Shown here piece by piece: positions 9,073 to 19,330 of a stretch of DNA of 64,000 nucleotides. Location: positions 14,572 through 78,571 of the forward strand of contig CBDDCJ010000012.1 in NCBI GenBank assembly GCA_965226205.1, in the 5' to 3' direction. Positions within the stretch are counted from its first letter, which is position 1. Every line of letters begins with the position of its first letter. The DNA is from Opitutales bacterium. Lineage in GTDB: Bacteria; Verrucomicrobiota; Verrucomicrobiia; Opitutales; UBA2987. Below the pieces are notes generated by a model. The model did not search any database. It saw only the letters and a program-made list of their open reading frames with translations, and was not told the origin of the DNA. Both the position numbers and the translations under genes were made by a program.

Positions 9073-11568
9073 ATGAAGCGAGCTAAACGAGCTAAAAAAA
9101 AGCGGCCGCCCAAAAAACGACCGCAAAAAAAACCGACCTTTCACGAGAAGGACGCCCGCCCGCGGCCAGTGGTTGGATTTATTTTACTGATCATCGGCGT
9201 GCTAATGCTGGTCTCGCTGCTCGACTATAAGCCGGAACAATACCATGTGGCCTCGAATGATCAGATGGAAAACCTGGTGGGCAAATTCGGCGTTTACTTT
9301 ACCGTTTTTTCCTTTCAACTCCTCGGGGTAATGGCCTGGGTCCTACCTATATACATGATGTGGGGCAGCTACATGTATTTTTTTTCACAACGCCACAAAG
9401 TCGATAAAATAAAGGTGGGCGCAATTGTCCTTGGATTGGTTTCAGGCGCCGGATTCCTGGATGCCCTGGACCTGCAAAACCTCGACCCCAACTATTACAC
9501 CTCAGGTTCCTCCGGCGGATTCTTCGGCGACCTCCTCTTCAGCGGTTTGCTGGAAAATAATATGGGGCATTTCGGGAGCTTTCTAATATTGATCCTCCTC
9601 TTCATATCCAGCGCCGGTGTAATATTAAGCGACAACCTGGGTAAAAATGTTATCTCGCCACGAAAATTTCTCGAAACCTGGAAAACGAGGAAAAAAGAAA
9701 AAGACGAAAAGAAAATAGAAACCGAACAGGCCGGGGAAGCGCAAGCGGCTAAAGAAAAAGAAGCTGACGAAAAGACTGTTTCATCCCCCAAACCGGGACC
9801 CAAGGTGACCGCAAAACCGGCCTCCTCAACGACTAAATTCAAAAAAGGCCCTGATTCGGAATCCAGGCAGAAGGAGGAAGAATTTGAACCCGATATCGGC
9901 GGGGACGATGTTCTGGCTTCTTTCGGCAGTGCCAAAAAATCCGCCCCAAAGAAAAAACTTGAACCCAAAGCCGATACTGGAAATAAGACCGGCGGACTGA
10001 AAATCATAGCCGGGGAAGAACCGAAAAAAGCCAGTGTCAGCCGTCCCGAAAAAAAGGGGGATTATTTGTTCCCGCCCTTGAATCTCCTAAAGGAACCACC
10101 CGGACTTCCCGAATCGGCCGCCGAGGACTTTCAGGCCACAGCCCTTAACCTGGAACGGATTTTGACCGAATTTGGCGTCAAGGTCACTCTTGGAGAAATC
10201 CACACCGGCCCGGTCATCACACGCTACGATGTGCATCCGGCGGCTGGGGTGCGAGTCGAGAAAATCATCAATCTGGACAAAAACATCGCCCTGGGGCTCA
10301 AAGCCACCTCGGTGCGCATCCTCGCCCCCGTCCCCGGCAAAGGCTGCGTGGGCATCGAGGTGCCCAACAAAACAGCCGCCACCGTAACCATGCGGGAAAT
10401 ACTCGAATCAACCAGTTGGGCCGAAAGCAAAGCGAAAATACCGATAGTCCTGGGCCGGGAAGTAAGCGGCAAACCCCTCGTCACCGATCTATCCAAAATG
10501 CCCCACCTGCTCATCGCCGGGGCCACCGGTGCGGGCAAAACGGTCTGCATCAACGCCATCATTACCTCCCTCCTCTTTCACTCCAGTCCGAAAGACCTGC
10601 GCTTCGTCATGGTGGACCCGAAAATCGTCGAAATGCAGTTTTTCAACGACTTGCCCCATATGCTCATACCCGTGGTGACCGATCCCAAAAAAGTGCCCGG
10701 CGCATTGAAATACCTCCTCGGCGAAATGGAAAACCGCTACCAGATTTTCGCCAAAGAAGGAGTCCGCAACATAGCCTCCTTCAATGCCAAAAGGGCCAAG
10801 GACAAAAAAGCCCAGGCCGAAGCCCTATCCCGCGAGGCCGACATGACCCCCGAAGAACGGGCCGCCGTCAGCATGGCCGTCGTGCGCCGGGACAGCGATA
10901 TCGAAATTCCCAACAAACTCCCCTACATCATCTGCATCGTGGACGAGCTGGCCGACCTCATGATGGTCGCCCCGGCAGACATCGAAACCTGTGTCGCGCG
11001 CCTCGCCCAACTGGCCCGGGCGGCCGGCATTCACCTCATCATCGCCACCCAGCGCCCATCCGTAAACGTCATCACCGGCGTCATCAAAGCGAACCTCCCC
11101 AGCCGCATCGCCTTCAAAGTGGCCTCCAAGGTGGACAGCCGCACCATTCTCGACTCCATGGGCGCCGACCAACTCATCGGCAATGGAGACATGCTCTTCC
11201 TGCCCCCAGGATCGGCCGATATGGTGCGCTCCCAGGGAGCCTTTGTGGCCGACGAGGAAATCAAAAACATCGTCGATTTTCTCAAACAAAACGGACCTCC
11301 CAATATGGATGAAAAATTTCACCAAACGGTGGAAGCCGGGGGAGGCGATGAAGAAAAATTCGATGAAGATGTCGATAAACTCATGCCCGACGCCGTCGAC
11401 GTATTGCGCAACACCAAACGGGCCTCCACCTCCATGCTGCAGCGCAAATTAAAAATCGGCTACAACCGGGCCGCCCGCATCATGGAGCAATTGGAGGACA
11501 AAGGGATTGTCGGCCCGGATAACGGTTCCAAGCCGCGGGAGATACTCATCGACCCCGATTTACTTTAA
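9073..11568 (+). CDS. ftsK: DNA translocase FtsK
   Basis: N-terminal TM segments, PHLLIAGATGAGKT Walker A, IVDELADLM Walker B, gamma domain LQRKLKIGYNRAAR. Confidence 0.97.
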   Translation: MKRAKRAKKKRPPKKRPQKKPTFHEKDARPRPVVGFILLIIGVLMLVSLLDYKPEQYHVASNDQMENLVGKFGVYFTVFSFQLLGVMAWVLPIYMMWGSYMYFFSQRHKVDKIKVGAIVLGLVSGAGFLDALDLQNLDPNYYTSGSSGGFFGDLLFSGLLENNMGHFGSFLILILLFISSAGVILSDNLGKNVISPRKFLETWKTRKKEKDEKKIETEQAGEAQAAKEKEADEKTVSSPKPGPKVTAKPASSTTKFKKGPDSESRQKEEEFEPDIGGDDVLASFGSAKKSAPKKKLEPKADTGNKTGGLKIIAGEEPKKASVSRPEKKGDYLFPPLNLLKEPPGLPESAAEDFQATALNLERILTEFGVKVTLGEIHTGPVITRYDVHPAAGVRVEKIINLDKNIALGLKATSVRILAPVPGKGCVGIEVPNKTAATVTMREILESTSWAESKAKIPIVLGREVSGKPLVTDLSKMPHLLIAGATGAGKTVCINAIITSLLFHSSPKDLRFVMVDPKIVEMQFFNDLPHMLIPVVTDPKKVPGALKYLLGEMENRYQIFAKEGVRNIASFNAKRAKDKKAQAEALSREADMTPEERAAVSMAVVRRDSDIEIPNKLPYIICIVDELADLMMVAPADIETCVARLAQLARAAGIHLIIATQRPSVNVITGVIKANLPSRIAFKVASKVDSRTILDSMGADQLIGNGDMLFLPPGSADMVRSQGAFVADEEIKNIVDFLKQNGPPNMDEKFHQTVEAGGGDEEKFDEDVDKLMPDAVDVLRNTKRASTSMLQRKLKIGYNRAARIMEQLEDKGIVGPDNGSKPREILIDPDLL

Positions 11569-11710
11569 ATAAATATAACAGCCAACGGGACAACCGGCCT
11601 TCCCTGCCTGCCCACAAATAATAAAGTGTTGAATTTTTTATAATCCTCATTGAATGCCGGACAAATTTCCTTTATCGCATAATAGAATAAGAAAAGAAGT
11701 GGAATAACGG

Positions 11711-12487
11711 ATGCAGAGCATTGGAGAACGATTGGAAGAAACCCGCAAACGACAGGGCATATCCCTGCGGGAGGCGGCGTATGCCACCAAGATACGAGGT
11801 GAATTTCTGGCGGCCCTCGAAGACGACTCCATGAACATCCCGCTGGAGGAAGTCTATCGGCGCGGCTTCCTCAGCAACTACGCCAAATTCCTGAAAATGG
11901 ACCCGGCGAAATTATTAACCGATTACAATGCCATCCAATTGGGCCGGGGCCAAGGCCAAGGTGGAGGCGCCAAAGAAATGCATCGGGACCTGCTCGGGCG
12001 CATCGAATTGCCGGAAAAGGAATCCCTCAGCGACGCCCCCAACCTAACAGGTAAAAAATTCAGCCAAGCAAAATCCCAGGATGTCGATTGGACGCCTTAC
12101 CTCAAAGTGGCCCTCTTTTTAGGAGGCGCGGTCTTGGTCGTGGCCATCGTGGTATTGATCGTAAAACTCATCCTCCCCGGCGCCACGCCCCAAATCAACC
12201 CCGGCTTGCGCGAAGGCGAGGCCATAACAGCAGAAAACAACCAGGACGGTTACGAGGAAGAACAAATCATCCTCATCGCCCTCGACGACGTCACCGTCAC
12301 GGTCACGCAAACGAGCGACAACAGCCCCCTGTTTTCCGGCACCCTGGCCAAAGGCGAAACCCAAACCCTGACCAAAAAAGGCCCCGTGCGCATCGGCTTC
12401 ACCGAAGGCGACAACCTCATCGTGCAAAAAGGCGGCACAAAATACAAAATGGGCAAACCCGGAGTAGGCTCCAGCACCCTCGAGTGA
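11711..12487 (+). CDS. RodZ-like HTH membrane protein
   Basis: N-terminal Xre HTH (SIGERLEETR...YRRGFLSNYAKFL), single TM, C-terminal beta domain; follows ftsK. Confidence 0.8.
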   Translation: MQSIGERLEETRKRQGISLREAAYATKIRGEFLAALEDDSMNIPLEEVYRRGFLSNYAKFLKMDPAKLLTDYNAIQLGRGQGQGGGAKEMHRDLLGRIELPEKESLSDAPNLTGKKFSQAKSQDVDWTPYLKVALFLGGAVLVVAIVVLIVKLILPGATPQINPGLREGEAITAENNQDGYEEEQIILIALDDVTVTVTQTSDNSPLFSGTLAKGETQTLTKKGPVRIGFTEGDNLIVQKGGTKYKMGKPGVGSSTLE

Positions 12488-12573
12488 ATTGACCGCAAAG
12501 GCCGCAATATACCCTCATCTCGAAATTGAGATTAGTTGGATGGATTTGAAAAAAAGTTATAGAATTGTAATTC

Positions 12574-12733
12574 TATTATGTTCATGTGGAAAGAGAGGAT
12601 AAAGTTGCAAAATTTTGGATGGAACCTGTCAGGTTGAACCGAAGTGGCCGTTTTAGACCAGCGGAATTGCTTGAAATTCGAAGCATTATCTCTAATAATA
12701 ATTGAGAAATGGAATGAGTGCTTTAGCGGTTGA
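12574..12733 (+). pseudogene. DUF4160-family toxin remnant
   Basis: Translates YVHVEREDKVAKFWMEPVRLNRSGRFRPAELLEIRSII, then shifts frame to IIEKWNECFSG*; N-terminus missing; overlaps the DUF2442 start. Confidence 0.7.
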
Positions 12734-13049
12734 GAATTTTACCCCATTGGCGCAAAAAATGTCTTTTTCAGAGGATTCTCTGTCCGTGGATTTAACGGAC
12801 GGGCGCTCTATTTCTGTTCCGTTGTCCTGGTTCCCGCGTTTGCTCTCAGGAACAGTATCGGAGCGGAATAATTGGCGATTTATAGGCCAGGGCGAAGGTT
12901 TTCACTGGGAAGACCTGGATGAGGATATCAGCGTCGAGAGCTTGATCGTGGGTCGTCCATCGCGGGAGAGCCAGAAGTCATTGCAGAAATGGCCATTGCA
13001 GAAATGGCTAAAGCAAAGGCAGGAACAGGACTCGGTTAAAATCCGTTAA
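12714..13049 (+). CDS. DUF2442-family protein (putative antitoxin)
   Basis: VDLTDGRSISVPLSWFPRL...GFHWEDLDEDISVESL signature; 15-bp tandem duplication at 12979-13008. Confidence 0.85.
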   Translation: MSALAVENFTPLAQKMSFSEDSLSVDLTDGRSISVPLSWFPRLLSGTVSERNNWRFIGQGEGFHWEDLDEDISVESLIVGRPSRESQKSLQKWPLQKWLKQRQEQDSVKIR

Positions 13050-13053
13050 ACCC

Positions 13054-13656
13054 CTACCGCTGTTCCCAGAAGTGGAGGAAACCGCTATCCTGGCGGACGC
13101 TGACCGGGGCGCCGAGCACTTCCATGTAAATGATGGCTTTGCGCGGGCCACTGGCATCCCGCAGGGAGTCGATCACTTCGGTCCGAATGTTTTTCCGTCC
13201 CCGTGCGGTTGATTTTCTCGACTTTCCCCAGGATTTGCCCCTTTCAACATGGATTTTAGCTTCCCGCATTTCTTGTAACTGTCTTTCTAGCTGCTGTTGC
13301 TCATCCAATACTTCCTGGGCCGAGAGGGATTGCTCCCACCGGGAATGGGCATGAATAGGCGTTTCAGTTTCAGGTTGGACCTGTGCCGGCTGAAAGGGGG
13401 AAGCTGGAGCCTGGGTTTGGGCCGGCGCCGGCGCCGGCTGTTGGGTCTGCGCCTGCGCTGGCTGTTGGGTCTGCCTTCGCTGGGCTATGCGGCGGCGGAT
13501 TTCCTCCTGTATTTCCCGGGTCCGGTCCCCCTCGACTGGAGGCGAAGAGGAGCCAGGTTCACCCTGTTCCCCTTCCCTCTTTCCCCTGAACATCTTGGAT
13601 AGCGCCCAGATAACAAGAAAAACCAGAGGCATGATCCATTCAGTCACATTTTCCAA
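13054..13656 (-). CDS. Hypothetical membrane-anchored protein downstream of floA
   Basis: N-terminal TM, Q/P-rich linker, C-terminal RKAIIYMEVLGAPV motif reminiscent of floA-associated proteins. Confidence 0.65.
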   Translation of the reverse strand: MENVTEWIMPLVFLVIWALSKMFRGKREGEQGEPGSSSPPVEGDRTREIQEEIRRRIAQRRQTQQPAQAQTQQPAPAPAQTQAPASPFQPAQVQPETETPIHAHSRWEQSLSAQEVLDEQQQLERQLQEMREAKIHVERGKSWGKSRKSTARGRKNIRTEVIDSLRDASGPRKAIIYMEVLGAPVSVRQDSGFLHFWEQR

Positions 13657-13673
13657 AGCTTAACCTTTCTTTC

Positions 13674-13737
13674 TGGATACGTGATAGACGATAAATATTT
13701 CAGGACTCGGAAATCCAGCATCCAGTATCCAGTATCT
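13674..13737. repeat. Intergenic heptamer-periodic repeat
   Basis: atccagc atccagt atccagt atc, preceded by a gatac/gatag-type tract. Confidence 0.55.
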
Positions 13738-13760
13738 TTTAAATTAATTCAAATGGCCGA

Positions 13761-14819
13761 TCAGGCGCCGTCTTCTGTTGTATCTTCATCTTCGGGTTTG
13801 GAGATGGATTGGCGCATTTCGGTGTCGGACTGGATATTCATCATTTTGTAATAGTCCATCACCCCGATGTTGCCGGCCCTGAATGCTTCGGCCATGGCCA
13901 GGGGCACCTCGGCCTGTGCTTCCACCAGTTTGGCCTGCATTTCCTGCACCTTGGCTACGTTTTCCTGTTCCAAAGCCACGGCGGCCGCGCGGCGGATTTC
14001 GGCCTGGGCCTGGGCCATGTTTTTGTTGGCCTCGGCCTGGGATTCCTGCAACGCGGCGCCAATGTTTTGACCCACATCGATATCGGCAATATCGATGGAA
14101 AGAATTTCGAAGGCCGTGCCGGTGTCGAGCCCGCGGGCGAGAACGTTTTTGGAAATGGAGTCGGGGTTTTCCAGCACCCATTTGTAGGTATCGGCCGAGC
14201 CGATGGTGGTCACGATGCCCTCGCCCACACGGGCGATGATGGTTTCTTCCTGGGCGCTGCCGACATAGCGTTCGAGGTTGCTGCGCACCGTCACGCGGCA
14301 GCGGACTTTTACCTGGATGCCGTCCTTGGCCACGCCGTCGATGGTGGCCCGGCCGCTGCTGGCCCCCGGCACGTCGATGACTTTGGGGTTGATGGAGGTG
14401 CGGACGGCTTCCATGATCGATTTTTCCGTCCCCTTGGTGGCCAGGTCGATGGTGCAGGCCCGGTTCCAATCGATATCGATGCCGGCTTTTTTGGCGTTGA
14501 TGAGGCCGAGGGTGGTCTGCATGATGTTTCCCCCGGCCATGTAATGGGTTTCCAGTTCGTCGATTTCCACATTGATGCCGGCTTTGACGGCGGCGATGCG
14601 AGCCTCCACAATCAGGTTATAGGGGAGTTTTCGGAACCACCGCATCACGACGAGGTTCCAAAGCGAAACCGGAGCGCCCGATGACTGGGCCTTCAACCAT
14701 ACGCTGATGAAGGAGAAAATGATGAACCCAAGCACGATAAAGGCAAAGGCTATGCCCAGAGATAAAAGTTGCATGGGGGTTAGAGCCAAGGGGAGATGAG
14801 TGATATTAGTCATATTCAT
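13761..14819 (-). CDS. floA: Flotillin-like protein FloA (YqfA family)
   Basis: [77 protein letters not shown]. Confidence 0.95.
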   Translation of the reverse strand: MNMTNITHLPLALTPMQLLSLGIAFAFIVLGFIIFSFISVWLKAQSSGAPVSLWNLVVMRWFRKLPYNLIVEARIAAVKAGINVEIDELETHYMAGGNIMQTTLGLINAKKAGIDIDWNRACTIDLATKGTEKSIMEAVRTSINPKVIDVPGASSGRATIDGVAKDGIQVKVRCRVTVRSNLERYVGSAQEETIIARVGEGIVTTIGSADTYKWVLENPDSISKNVLARGLDTGTAFEILSIDIADIDVGQNIGAALQESQAEANKNMAQAQAEIRRAAAVALEQENVAKVQEMQAKLVEAQAEVPLAMAEAFRAGNIGVMDYYKMMNIQSDTEMRQSISKPEDEDTTEDGA

Positions 14820-15283
14820 GTCTTTTTAACGATTAATCTAAAGTTATCAACGCGGACCACTTCGACAGGTGTCGCCTCTTCCAGCAGGCCGGACTGGGAG
14901 AAAGCCTCGTATTTTTTCCCATCGACTAAAATCATGCCGGTGGGGGCCATCATTGTCAAGGCTTTCCCCTTTTTTCCAACGATCTCTTCCGCTTTTGCCT
15001 GGGGCTCCAGGCTGGATCCGCTGATCGTCTTATCCAAACGGATGAATTTTCCAAAACGCTTGTGCTGGATAAGCCAGATTTCCACGAAAAACATGATCAG
15101 CGCCAAAGTTCCCGAAAGGCAGAAGATGACCATTGCCGTGGCCCCGCCATAATCGTTATAGCCCTGGACGCAGGCAATTATAAGCAGGATGACGCCGAAT
15201 ATGGCGAGGACTCCACCGGGAACGAAAATTTCCAGAAAAAACAGCAACAGAGCCAGGACGAACAATACTATAATGGAAGTCAT
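14816..15283 (-). CDS. Short NfeD-family protein (TM + OB fold)
   Basis: [10 protein letters not shown] region and [22 protein letters not shown]-fold; overlaps the floA start. Confidence 0.85.
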   Translation of the reverse strand: MTSIIVLFVLALLLFFLEIFVPGGVLAIFGVILLIIACVQGYNDYGGATAMVIFCLSGTLALIMFFVEIWLIQHKRFGKFIRLDKTISGSSLEPQAKAEEIVGKKGKALTMMAPTGMILVDGKKYEAFSQSGLLEEATPVEVVRVDNFRLIVKKT

Positions 15284-15289
15284 CTCTTC

Positions 15290-16858
15290 TCAACCTTTCT
15301 CTTTTTCCACTTGCAAGGCAAAGTTTTTATAACCCGTCACCCTGACGTTTTCACCTATTTCGATCACATCGAGGGGAGAGGTGGCCTGGAAGCGAATACC
15401 ATCGATCTCGATCTCGCCCAGCGGGTGCAGGTCGGTCATGGCCTTTCCCAGGCATCCAATTTCGGGTAGTTTGCCTCCCGATCCCGTAATCGCTCCACCC
15501 TTGGCGATGACCGGATCGACATCGGCGGTGGCGCCATGCAGGACCAGCTTGTCCCAGATGCTTGTTTTGGGCAAATACCTCCATAGCAAAGCGAAACCGA
15601 CCAACGCTATGACCAGGCCAAAGGTTATATCGTAAACGGGGCCCCAAAGCACCGCCGGATCGAAGGGAATACCCTCGCCCGTATCCTTGAAATCATCCGG
15701 CCAGATGTCGGCCAAGGACCAGAGGAGGGAGCCAAACAGCATTAACATCCCCAGCAGTCCGAAAAAAATAGTGCCGGGCAGAACGAAGAGTTCCAGGCCG
15801 ATAAAGACGATACCCACAAAGAAAACGATCAGTGCCTCGTTACCGGCCAGGCCCGCCACATAATTGCTGGCAAAAACGATCAGCAGCATAACGATGCCGC
15901 TGATCCCCGGGAGCCCGAACCCCGGGGTTTTAAACTCAATCATTAGAAGCAAAAACCCGATGCCCAAAAGCACCGGGGAAATCGTCTCCATATACTGCGC
16001 CAGCAATTCCGACCAGGTGACTTCAAACTTCTTGATGACATGATTTCCAGAGCCATATTTGTGGTCGAGCAACTCCTCCACCGTCTCGGCGATGCCTGCT
16101 CCCAACAATGGCTCGGGAGGGTCGCCGTATTCCTTCATGGCCTCGTTCGCCGTCAAAGAAAGAAGCTCATCCTCATCCTTGAGAACCTCTCCCTCCACCT
16201 TAAAAACGAAATCTGCATCCATCATAGCCCTCAGAACATCCGAACGATAGCGGTATTCGCCCGTCATGCTGCGCACCTTCGCTCTCAGGTAGCTGTTGAT
16301 TTTCAACTTCATTGTCTCGTCGATATCCTCGCCGCTGCCAGACACCACGGCGGCAGCCCCGATCACTCCATAAGGCGCAAAGTAAATATCATCCGTGGCC
16401 ATTGAGATATAAGCCCCCGCTGAGATCGCCTCGTCGTTAACATAGGCAATGGTATCGCCCTCGAAACGCTCCAGCATCTGCATCAACTCCAGCGTTACGT
16501 CCAGGCGCCCGCCAGGTGTTTTGATGTCCAGCACTACCGTGTCGATGTCGTTCTCTATGGCTTCTTTAAGACCGCGCCGGACAATGTAGAGGATGGGTTT
16601 GCCAATTCCCTCCTGAACGGGGACTACATAAACCGAAACCGGCCTGGCGGGACGCTTGGGCTTGGGCTCTTCAATGCCCGGCATTGCCTCATCTTCATCC
16701 TTCGCCACAATGGCTTCAGGTTCATCCATCGGTTCAGCGGGGACAACCTCTTCGGTCTCCGCTGTTTCCACTGGTTCCGGTTCTTCCTCTGAAATTCCCC
16801 CCGAAGCGAAAAGAAGGAGGGAGGCAAACAGTATCCCGATTAAATAACGTTTGAACAT
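15290..16858 (-). CDS. Long NfeD protein (ClpP-class serine protease domain + TM + OB fold)
   Basis: LDIKTPGG and AISAGAYI protease motifs, EFKTPGFG TM segment, TDLHPLGEIEIDG OB fold. Confidence 0.88.
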   Translation of the reverse strand: MFKRYLIGILFASLLLFASGGISEEEPEPVETAETEEVVPAEPMDEPEAIVAKDEDEAMPGIEEPKPKRPARPVSVYVVPVQEGIGKPILYIVRRGLKEAIENDIDTVVLDIKTPGGRLDVTLELMQMLERFEGDTIAYVNDEAISAGAYISMATDDIYFAPYGVIGAAAVVSGSGEDIDETMKLKINSYLRAKVRSMTGEYRYRSDVLRAMMDADFVFKVEGEVLKDEDELLSLTANEAMKEYGDPPEPLLGAGIAETVEELLDHKYGSGNHVIKKFEVTWSELLAQYMETISPVLLGIGFLLLMIEFKTPGFGLPGISGIVMLLIVFASNYVAGLAGNEALIVFFVGIVFIGLELFVLPGTIFFGLLGMLMLFGSLLWSLADIWPDDFKDTGEGIPFDPAVLWGPVYDITFGLVIALVGFALLWRYLPKTSIWDKLVLHGATADVDPVIAKGGAITGSGGKLPEIGCLGKAMTDLHPLGEIEIDGIRFQATSPLDVIEIGENVRVTGYKNFALQVEKEKG

Positions 16859-17012
16859 TTTTCTCCTAAATAATGTTGCATACCTTGGCTAAATGCAAGC
16901 TCACGAACGACTTTCACCAACGGTTCCGTTTATTACGGACACTCTGACCCCGGAATAAGTTCAGTCTAAAGTATTGAATGTTTCCCCATTACGGGAAAAA
17001 TGATGGTTTGTC

Positions 17013-18065
17013 ATGGTTTCGCCAACAACAGCGGGCGTCGATCTGAAAGGAGCTTTTCAACTAGAAGCCGCCCATCTCGGGTTTTCCGTTTGCGGAGTGG
17101 CTCCCGTGCAACCGGAATTGCGCCGGGAATATTACCTCAAATGGATCGCCGAGGGGCGGCATGGCGACATGACCTGGTTGGAAAGGAACACCGAACGGCG
17201 GCTCGATCCCGCAAAAATCCTGCCCGAAGCGCGCAGCATCATTTGCCTGGGCCTCAATTATTACCAATCCGAACCGCAACGCAGGGGGCGCATCGCCAAA
17301 TACGCCCTGGGCCAGGATTACCACAATTTCATGATGAAGCGGTTGAAAAAACTTTGCCATTGGCTCCGGCAAAGGGGCGGGCAGAACAAACCTTATGTCG
17401 ATACCGGACCGGTTCTGGAAAAACCGGTGGCTGTTTTGGCTGGTCTCGGCTGGCAAGCTAAAAACACTATGCTCATCCATCCAAAAATGGGCAACTGGCT
17501 GTTTTTGGGAGAAATTTTCACCACCCTGGAAATGCCCCCCGACGAAAGGATTTCGGACCACTGTGGGGAATGCACGGCCTGCATAAGCGCCTGTCCCACC
17601 GGAGCCATCACCGCCCCCTATCAACTGGATGCCCGCCGCTGCATCGCCTATCTTACCATTGAACACAAGGGCACCATACCGGAAAAATATCGCGAAGCCA
17701 TCGGAGACCGCCTTTTCGGCTGCGACGAATGCCTCGACGTCTGCCCCTGGAACCGCTGGGCCCAGGCCACCCGCGAGGAAAAATTCGCCGCCCGCCAATA
17801 TCCCGATTTGCGCGAAATGCTGGCCTGGAATGATGAAGATTTCCGAAGCTATTTCCGGCAAACCCCAATTTTAAGACTCAAACGCGTCCGTTGGCTGCGC
17901 AATATCTGCGTGGTACTGGGAAACATCGGCGGCCCGGACGATCTACCGGCACTGGAAAAAGCCGCCCAAGATCCCGATCCCCTCATAGCCGAACACGCCC
18001 ATTGGGCTATCAACCAAATCAACAAACGCATCAACCCTGCAAAAAATAACCGCAGGTTAAAATAA
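17013..18065 (+). CDS. queG: Epoxyqueuosine reductase
   Basis: YALGQDYH, VDTGPVLEK, CGECTACISACPTGA, FGCDECLDVCPWN motifs. Confidence 0.95.
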   Translation: MVSPTTAGVDLKGAFQLEAAHLGFSVCGVAPVQPELRREYYLKWIAEGRHGDMTWLERNTERRLDPAKILPEARSIICLGLNYYQSEPQRRGRIAKYALGQDYHNFMMKRLKKLCHWLRQRGGQNKPYVDTGPVLEKPVAVLAGLGWQAKNTMLIHPKMGNWLFLGEIFTTLEMPPDERISDHCGECTACISACPTGAITAPYQLDARRCIAYLTIEHKGTIPEKYREAIGDRLFGCDECLDVCPWNRWAQATREEKFAARQYPDLREMLAWNDEDFRSYFRQTPILRLKRVRWLRNICVVLGNIGGPDDLPALEKAAQDPDPLIAEHAHWAINQINKRINPAKNNRRLK

Positions 18066-18080
18066 TACGCCAGGATCCAA

Positions 18081-19241
18081 TCAAAGACTCCGGAAAATCC
18101 TAATAAGGTCGGCTTTCATTTCGATGCCGATACCGGGGGCATCGGGCATTTCTATGGTGCCTGCCACTGGTTGCGCATTGTCCCCGAAACCGCCGAAGGC
18201 GCCAAATACGCCGGGGTAGGATTCGTTGCCCCCGATTCCCAGACCGGCCGCGATATGGAGTGAAAACTGGTGCCCGCCGTGCGGGATACAGCGTTTGTGC
18301 GACCAACCATGGGCGGTCAGCATTTCCAGGGTGCGGGTGTATTCGACCAGGCCATAGCTGAGGGCGGGATCCATTTGCAAATAATCGCGGTCGGGGCGCA
18401 GCCCGCCGTGGCGGATCAGGTTCCGGGCGTCGATGGTGGAAAAGAGGTTTTCCCCGGTCGCCAGCGGACCCTCATAAACTTTGGCGATCTCGGCATGTCC
18501 GGCGAAGTCGAGCGGGTCAATCGGTTCTTCATACCATTTCAATCCGTAGGGGGCCAGCGCCTGGGCCCACCGAACAGCTTCCCCCACCGTGAATTTTCCG
18601 TTCACATCGACCGCCACCCGCCCGGGGTCGCCCGTTATTTCGGCCACCGCCTCGATCCGGCGGCGATCTTCGTCCAGCGGAACGCCCCCGATTTTGATTT
18701 TCACCGTCTCATAACCAGAATCGAGGTAGCCGCGAATCTCGTCCCGCAGCGACGGCAAATCTTTGCCCGGATAATAATAACCACCGGCGGCGTAAACATA
18801 AACCCGGCGGTTGACCTGCCCGCCCCTAAACCGATTGCCCAATACCTGGTAAAGGGGCAGGTCTTCAATCTTCGCCACAAGGTCCCAAAGGGCCATGTCG
18901 ATCGATCCCACCGCCACCGATCGCTCACCATGCCCTCCCGGTTTTTCATTCCGCATCATGATATTCCAGGCTTTGAAGGGATCGAAATTGCTACCCTCAT
19001 CGTTCAAAAGGTCCGCCCCGGGCGCCTTTAACAAACGCGGGATCAGGCGCTCCTTGACGATGCCCGTGGCCGCATAGCGGCCATTGGAAGTAAATCCATA
19101 ACCAACCAACGGGTTCCCCCGGCGGACGACATCCGATTCGATAGCCACCACCCCGGCCGTCATTTCGGAAAAATCGACAAAGGCATTGCGAATATCCGAG
19201 CGAATGGATTCCGAGGCGCATTTAATAGAAACAATTTTCAT
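18081..19241 (-). CDS. Mandelate racemase/enolase superfamily protein (tartrate dehydratase-like)
   Basis: NEKPGGHGERSVAVG, VKIKIGG, AVDVNG, WYEEP, ATGENLFS, CIPHGGHQ. Confidence 0.88.
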   Translation of the reverse strand: MKIVSIKCASESIRSDIRNAFVDFSEMTAGVVAIESDVVRRGNPLVGYGFTSNGRYAATGIVKERLIPRLLKAPGADLLNDEGSNFDPFKAWNIMMRNEKPGGHGERSVAVGSIDMALWDLVAKIEDLPLYQVLGNRFRGGQVNRRVYVYAAGGYYYPGKDLPSLRDEIRGYLDSGYETVKIKIGGVPLDEDRRRIEAVAEITGDPGRVAVDVNGKFTVGEAVRWAQALAPYGLKWYEEPIDPLDFAGHAEIAKVYEGPLATGENLFSTIDARNLIRHGGLRPDRDYLQMDPALSYGLVEYTRTLEMLTAHGWSHKRCIPHGGHQFSLHIAAGLGIGGNESYPGVFGAFGGFGDNAQPVAGTIEMPDAPGIGIEMKADLIRIFRSL

Positions 19242-19260
19242 GGGAAACTTCGTAAAACGA

Positions 19261-19330
19261 GATTCACGATACAAGATACAGGATTGATCTTTCCATAAAA
19301 TGTCGAGTCCGGTATCCTGATACCCGCATC
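19261..19330. repeat. Intergenic heptamer-periodic repeat
   Basis: gattcac gatacaa gatacag gattgat ... gtatcct gataccc gcatc; shares a 13-mer in inverted orientation with 30153-30165. Confidence 0.55.
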
